Assembly (NCBI GenBank): GCA_965223345.1
Contig: CBDCWG010000012.1
Coordinates: forward strand, 2,176,001 to 2,240,000
Direction: 5' to 3'
Length of the DNA stretch: 64,000 bases
DNA from: Nitrospinales bacterium
GTDB taxonomy: Bacteria; Nitrospinota; Nitrospinia; Nitrospinales; VA-1
The notes under the pieces were generated by a model. That model made no database searches. It was not told where the DNA came from and was given only the letters and a program-made list of their open reading frames with translations. Made by a program: the position numbers and the translations under genes. This document shows positions 60,740 through 64,000 of this stretch, in pieces (positions within the stretch are counted from its first letter, which is position 1; each line of letters starts with the position of its first letter).

Positions 60740-61915
60740 ATGAGAATACATTGGAAAAAACACACATGCCTTGTTGCAATGCTTGCCCTATTGGTTGTAT
60801 CCGCTGGATGCTCAGCCAAAATCCAGCCTCTCCGGTCCAGTGAAGCGGTGGTGGGTTACAATTCCCAGGTTGCAGGTGCGCTGAAATCTCTGCCGCCTCC
60901 GGAAGCAAAAATCGTGGTGGGTGTGTACAAATTCCGCGATCAGACCGGGCAATACAAACCCGGCGGCGCCATCACGCAATATTCCACCGCTGTGACTCAA
61001 GGCGCTACGTCCATGCTGGTCAAAGCATTGGCGGACGCCGGAAACGGCAAGTGGTTCACGGTTCTGGAGCGGGAATCGCTGCCCAATCTGTTGAATGAAA
61101 GGAAGATCATTCGTCAGACACGTAAGCAATACCTCAATAAAGACTCCGCTAAAAATGTTCCTCGACTACCGCCTTTGCTGTACGCGCCCATCATGATGGA
61201 CGGTGGCGTCATCGCTTACGAAAGCAACCTGCTCACCGGTGGGGCGGGCGCACGGTATTTCGGTGCGGGCGGCAACACGCAATTTCAGCGCGATTCGGTG
61301 ACGATCTACCTGCGCGCCATATCTGTTAAAAACGGACAGATTGTGAAATCCGTGCTCACCAACAAGACCATCTTCTCTCTGGAAGTGGATGCCGGGTTGT
61401 TCAGGTTTGTCAGCTTCAAACGACTGCTTGAGATCGAAACCGGATTCACCACCAACGAACCGCCGCAGATGGCGGTGCTCGAAGCGATCGAAAAAGCCGT
61501 CTATGCCATGGTCATCGAGGGAATCATGGAAGGCCTTTGGAATTTCAAAGAGCCTCAGGCAGGGAAACCTTTTATTGAAGAATATCTGAAAGAAAAAGAC
61601 CCCAATATGGTCGCCAAGTTCGACGAAAAGGGCAATTATATGGGAGAGAATTATATCCGTCCGGTCAGCGCTGCAGCGCCTGTCAAGAATGGGAAAAACG
61701 TTGGCAGTAAAAAAATGCTGGCTCCCGTCTCTAAAACGCCCGCGGCATCTCCTTTGGCAGACTCATCCGAAATGGTAAAAGATGCAGGCGCACCTCCGTC
61801 GAATGGGAATCCGGTGAGCCGGGGAACGCCTGTATCTCCTCCAAAAGCTGTTCCAGATACAGAACTTAAAGTAGTTCCCCGTCCGCTGGATTACGGGCGT
61901 CAGGGTTTTAACTAG
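60740..61915 (+). CDS. csgG: Curli secretion channel CsgG lipoprotein with Pro/Ala-rich C-terminal tail
   Basis: Lipobox SAGC; LPPP, VYKFRDQTGQYKP, STAVTQGA, WF.VLERE.L.NLLNERKIIR, TGGAGARYFG, NEP. Confidence 0.95.
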   Translation: MRIHWKKHTCLVAMLALLVVSAGCSAKIQPLRSSEAVVGYNSQVAGALKSLPPPEAKIVVGVYKFRDQTGQYKPGGAITQYSTAVTQGATSMLVKALADAGNGKWFTVLERESLPNLLNERKIIRQTRKQYLNKDSAKNVPRLPPLLYAPIMMDGGVIAYESNLLTGGAGARYFGAGGNTQFQRDSVTIYLRAISVKNGQIVKSVLTNKTIFSLEVDAGLFRFVSFKRLLEIETGFTTNEPPQMAVLEAIEKAVYAMVIEGIMEGLWNFKEPQAGKPFIEEYLKEKDPNMVAKFDEKGNYMGENYIRPVSAAAPVKNGKNVGSKKMLAPVSKTPAASPLADSSEMVKDAGAPPSNGNPVSRGTPVSPPKAVPDTELKVVPRPLDYGRQGFN

Positions 61916-61984
61916 AGCGTAATACAGTATTGAAGTGAAAACGCAGCTATAAAACTTTTAATATATATAATTACAATCTAAGTT

Positions 61985-62530
61985 ATGGTTTTTTGTAAGA
62001 GCCGATTTTTAAGCGGTTTTCTTTTGCTGGTCCTTTTTTCGGGATGCACGGCGACAACCGGTGTGCAGAGCAAGAAGAAAAACGATCCCACCATTGTGAA
62101 GCGTCACATCGATGCTGGCTACGCGACCGCCTTCAATGCCTGCACGCAGGCGCTGTTCACATTGGGTTACCGGATTCAGTATTACAGTCCCGAAGAGGGC
62201 GTGCTTGTTGGGTCCAAATTCAAGGACAGTTTGGAAAAGCGGGCTCTTTGGGGCACTCTGTTCGGCCTGGCGGGCGGGTATGTGAACTCGCAGTCCGACG
62301 AGAAAATCCATATGCGTCTGGTTCGAACGGATAAAAAAGATGCGACCGCCGTGTATTTCCAGGTTTTGATGAACGGGCGGCCGGAAGTTCACAATGCCAT
62401 TGTCGAATCCTTCTGGATCGTTGCGCAGCGGGAGGCCTTATTGGAAAAAGGAGGGCGGGTGCCTGCCGAGCTGGAGAAGGATTATCGAGCTATCCGGAAG
62501 ATGGAAAAATCAGCAAGAAAGGCTTCGTGA
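61985..62530 (+). CDS. Hypothetical lipoprotein following csgG
   Basis: Lipobox FSGC; co-oriented 69 bp after csgG. Confidence 0.7.
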   Translation: MVFCKSRFLSGFLLLVLFSGCTATTGVQSKKKNDPTIVKRHIDAGYATAFNACTQALFTLGYRIQYYSPEEGVLVGSKFKDSLEKRALWGTLFGLAGGYVNSQSDEKIHMRLVRTDKKDATAVYFQVLMNGRPEVHNAIVESFWIVAQREALLEKGGRVPAELEKDYRAIRKMEKSARKAS

Positions 62531-62678
62531 AAAAAGAGTCGGGTTTCTGGATGCGAATGGCAAATCCCCGATGAACATGGCGATCGAAAAACAGGACGGC
62601 GTACTGGTCCAGTTGATGCGAAAGCACCTTGAAAAGTGAGTAACAGGACGTAGTTTCAGGTCCGATCTGCCAGAACCT

Positions 62679-63584
62679 TCACTTTACATCTTTCACACAG
62701 CGGAAGCCGACCGTCTTGCTCCTTAAGGTGGGAACGGTGGCGTTGCGATAGGTCAGGCTGATGTCGCCGGCGTTGTTTCTCCAACTGCCGCCACGGATGA
62801 CCTTGTACTTGCCTTTTTCCGGACCGGTTGGATTTTCCCTCGGAGAGAACAGGTAGAACTCCGCCAGATGCCAGTCGTGCACCCATTCGGACACATTGCC
62901 CGAAAGGTCATGCACGCCATAATCCGATTTGCCCGCCTCGTAGCTGCCCACCGGCGCTGTTTTGTTTAAGGTTTCGTTGAAGTTCACGCGCTTGGCGTCC
63001 GGCGCTTCGTCCCCCCAGGGGTATTCGATGGGGCGCTTGCCGCGCGAGGCCTTTTCCCATTCCGCTTCGGTCGGCAGCCGTTTGCCGGCCCACTTGCAGT
63101 AACGGTCCGCCTCTTTCCAGGAAATGCCCGCCACAGGCTGCCGGGGTCCGCTGAAATCCGGATTGCTCATCGAGACCGGCTGCTTGGCGCCGGTGGCCTG
63201 CACGAATTTCTGATACTCGGCGTTGGTGACTTCGTACTTGTCGATGTGGTAATCATCGAGGTGCACACGGTGCGCGGGGTTTTCCGGGCCGAGGTTGTGC
63301 CGGTCCGTGTTCATGAGATCGACCGGGTTCAACTCCAGCAGGGAGCGGCGGCTTCCCATTTCGAACTCACCGGCTGGAATCAGCACCATGGAATTCTCGA
63401 CGTTCGTTGCCTCACTCCAGGCGGACAACGGGCCGACGAGCAGGCAGAACAGCCCGGCCCAGAAACATTGCATCGCTTTCATAGTCTTCCTCATACAATC
63501 CACAAGATTACAAAGGTTTTGATTTCCGCTGGCGGTTTGACGCATCCGCTCTACCGCGAACAGGGTGTTTTCAAGCCGCCTCAC
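62679..63584 (-). CDS. FGE-sulfatase (SUMF1/PvdO-like) domain protein; true start probably ~63473-63482
   Basis: IPAGEFEMGS, EVTNAEY, RLPTEAEWEKA, DLSGNVSEW, RGGSW, GFRC; no FGE catalytic Cys pair. Confidence 0.88.
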   Translation of the reverse strand: MRRLENTLFAVERMRQTASGNQNLCNLVDCMRKTMKAMQCFWAGLFCLLVGPLSAWSEATNVENSMVLIPAGEFEMGSRRSLLELNPVDLMNTDRHNLGPENPAHRVHLDDYHIDKYEVTNAEYQKFVQATGAKQPVSMSNPDFSGPRQPVAGISWKEADRYCKWAGKRLPTEAEWEKASRGKRPIEYPWGDEAPDAKRVNFNETLNKTAPVGSYEAGKSDYGVHDLSGNVSEWVHDWHLAEFYLFSPRENPTGPEKGKYKVIRGGSWRNNAGDISLTYRNATVPTLRSKTVGFRCVKDVK

Positions 63585-63603
63585 GCTTTGCCGCCGGTTT
63601 GAT

Positions 63604-63632
63604 TTGACACACTATTTTATAAGGTATAAAAT
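63604..63632 (+). promoter_or_regulatory. Sigma70 promoter
   Basis: TTGACA-17bp-TAAAAT. Confidence 0.6.
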
Positions 63633-63721
63633 TTTAGCATATCGATGAAGATTTGTAATTTCATTGGGATACAGCCAGAGCCGCCGATGCCGGGTTTCTT
63701 TGGAATTTCCCTCCCCCGATC

Positions 63722-64000
63722 ATGGACAAGCCGAAAAAAGAGACCCTTTTAAACCAGAACACCGATTCGAAGTTGTGCCTGAACTGCGGCTTTCCCAACC
63801 GGACCAGCGACGCCCACTGCATGTACTGCCACACCAGCCTTCTCGACGACCAGGGGCTGATTTCCTGGCTTCGGCAGACCTATTATATTCTGCGATGGCG
63901 CTGGCAGTTGAAGCGGCGGCAGCGGGAGAAGGTTGCAAAACCCAAGCAGCAGGGCATGACCGTCTTCAAGGCCGTCGGTTACTTTCTGGTGGGCGCGGCG
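63722..64000 (+). CDS. Zinc-ribbon membrane protein (partial)
   Basis: Manual translation MDKPKKETLL..CLNCGFPN..CMYCH..; open to window end. Confidence 0.6.
   Translation, partial: MDKPKKETLLNQNTDSKLCLNCGFPNRTSDAHCMYCHTSLLDDQGLISWLRQTYYILRWRWQLKRRQREKVAKPKQQGMTVFKAVGYFLVGAA

Noticed and set aside
62679..63584. True formylglycine-generating enzyme or DGR target
   Set aside because: Catalytic Cys pair absent; no reverse transcriptase or template repeat in window
63818..63832. CMYCH as heme c site
   Set aside because: Paired with upstream CxxC and no signal peptide; zinc ribbon more likely

Overview
GC-rich bacterial chromosomal window; gene style suggests a Nitrospinota/deltaproteobacteria-like organism (inference, not searched). 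Left to right: partial manC; ZIP transporter behind a structured leader; heterodimeric ABC exporter; cNMP-binding protein; ArsR-SRPBCC pair; RlpA; AT-rich secreted S1 protease with three unassigned C-terminal repeats; GNAT and ABM genes; a cluster of nested REP-like repeats; a sulfur-carrier operon (cysK, thrC-like, MoaD/CysO-like, moeB, cysM-like, [2Fe-2S] ferredoxin); GT-C membrane protein; a type II secretion cluster (C-like,E,F,G,H,I,J,K,L,M,D); RHH-PIN toxin-antitoxin; AhbD-like radical SAM; cytochrome c; fxsA; methyltransferase/FAD-oxidoreductase pair; tsaB, rnd, maf-like, mutL, panBCD with a pan RNA motif; dNK; GAF-GAF kinase/receiver; glgA, galT-like, coaBC. The most striking element is a curli-type amyloid locus (54.3-62.5 kb): a divergent PAS-LuxR regulator, a very long acidic curlin (~25 repeats), a His/Trp-rich curlin with a CxxC loop and a non-repeat tail, csgE-csgF-csgG and an unknown lipoprotein. 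All calls come from manual motif reading; no database searches were run.
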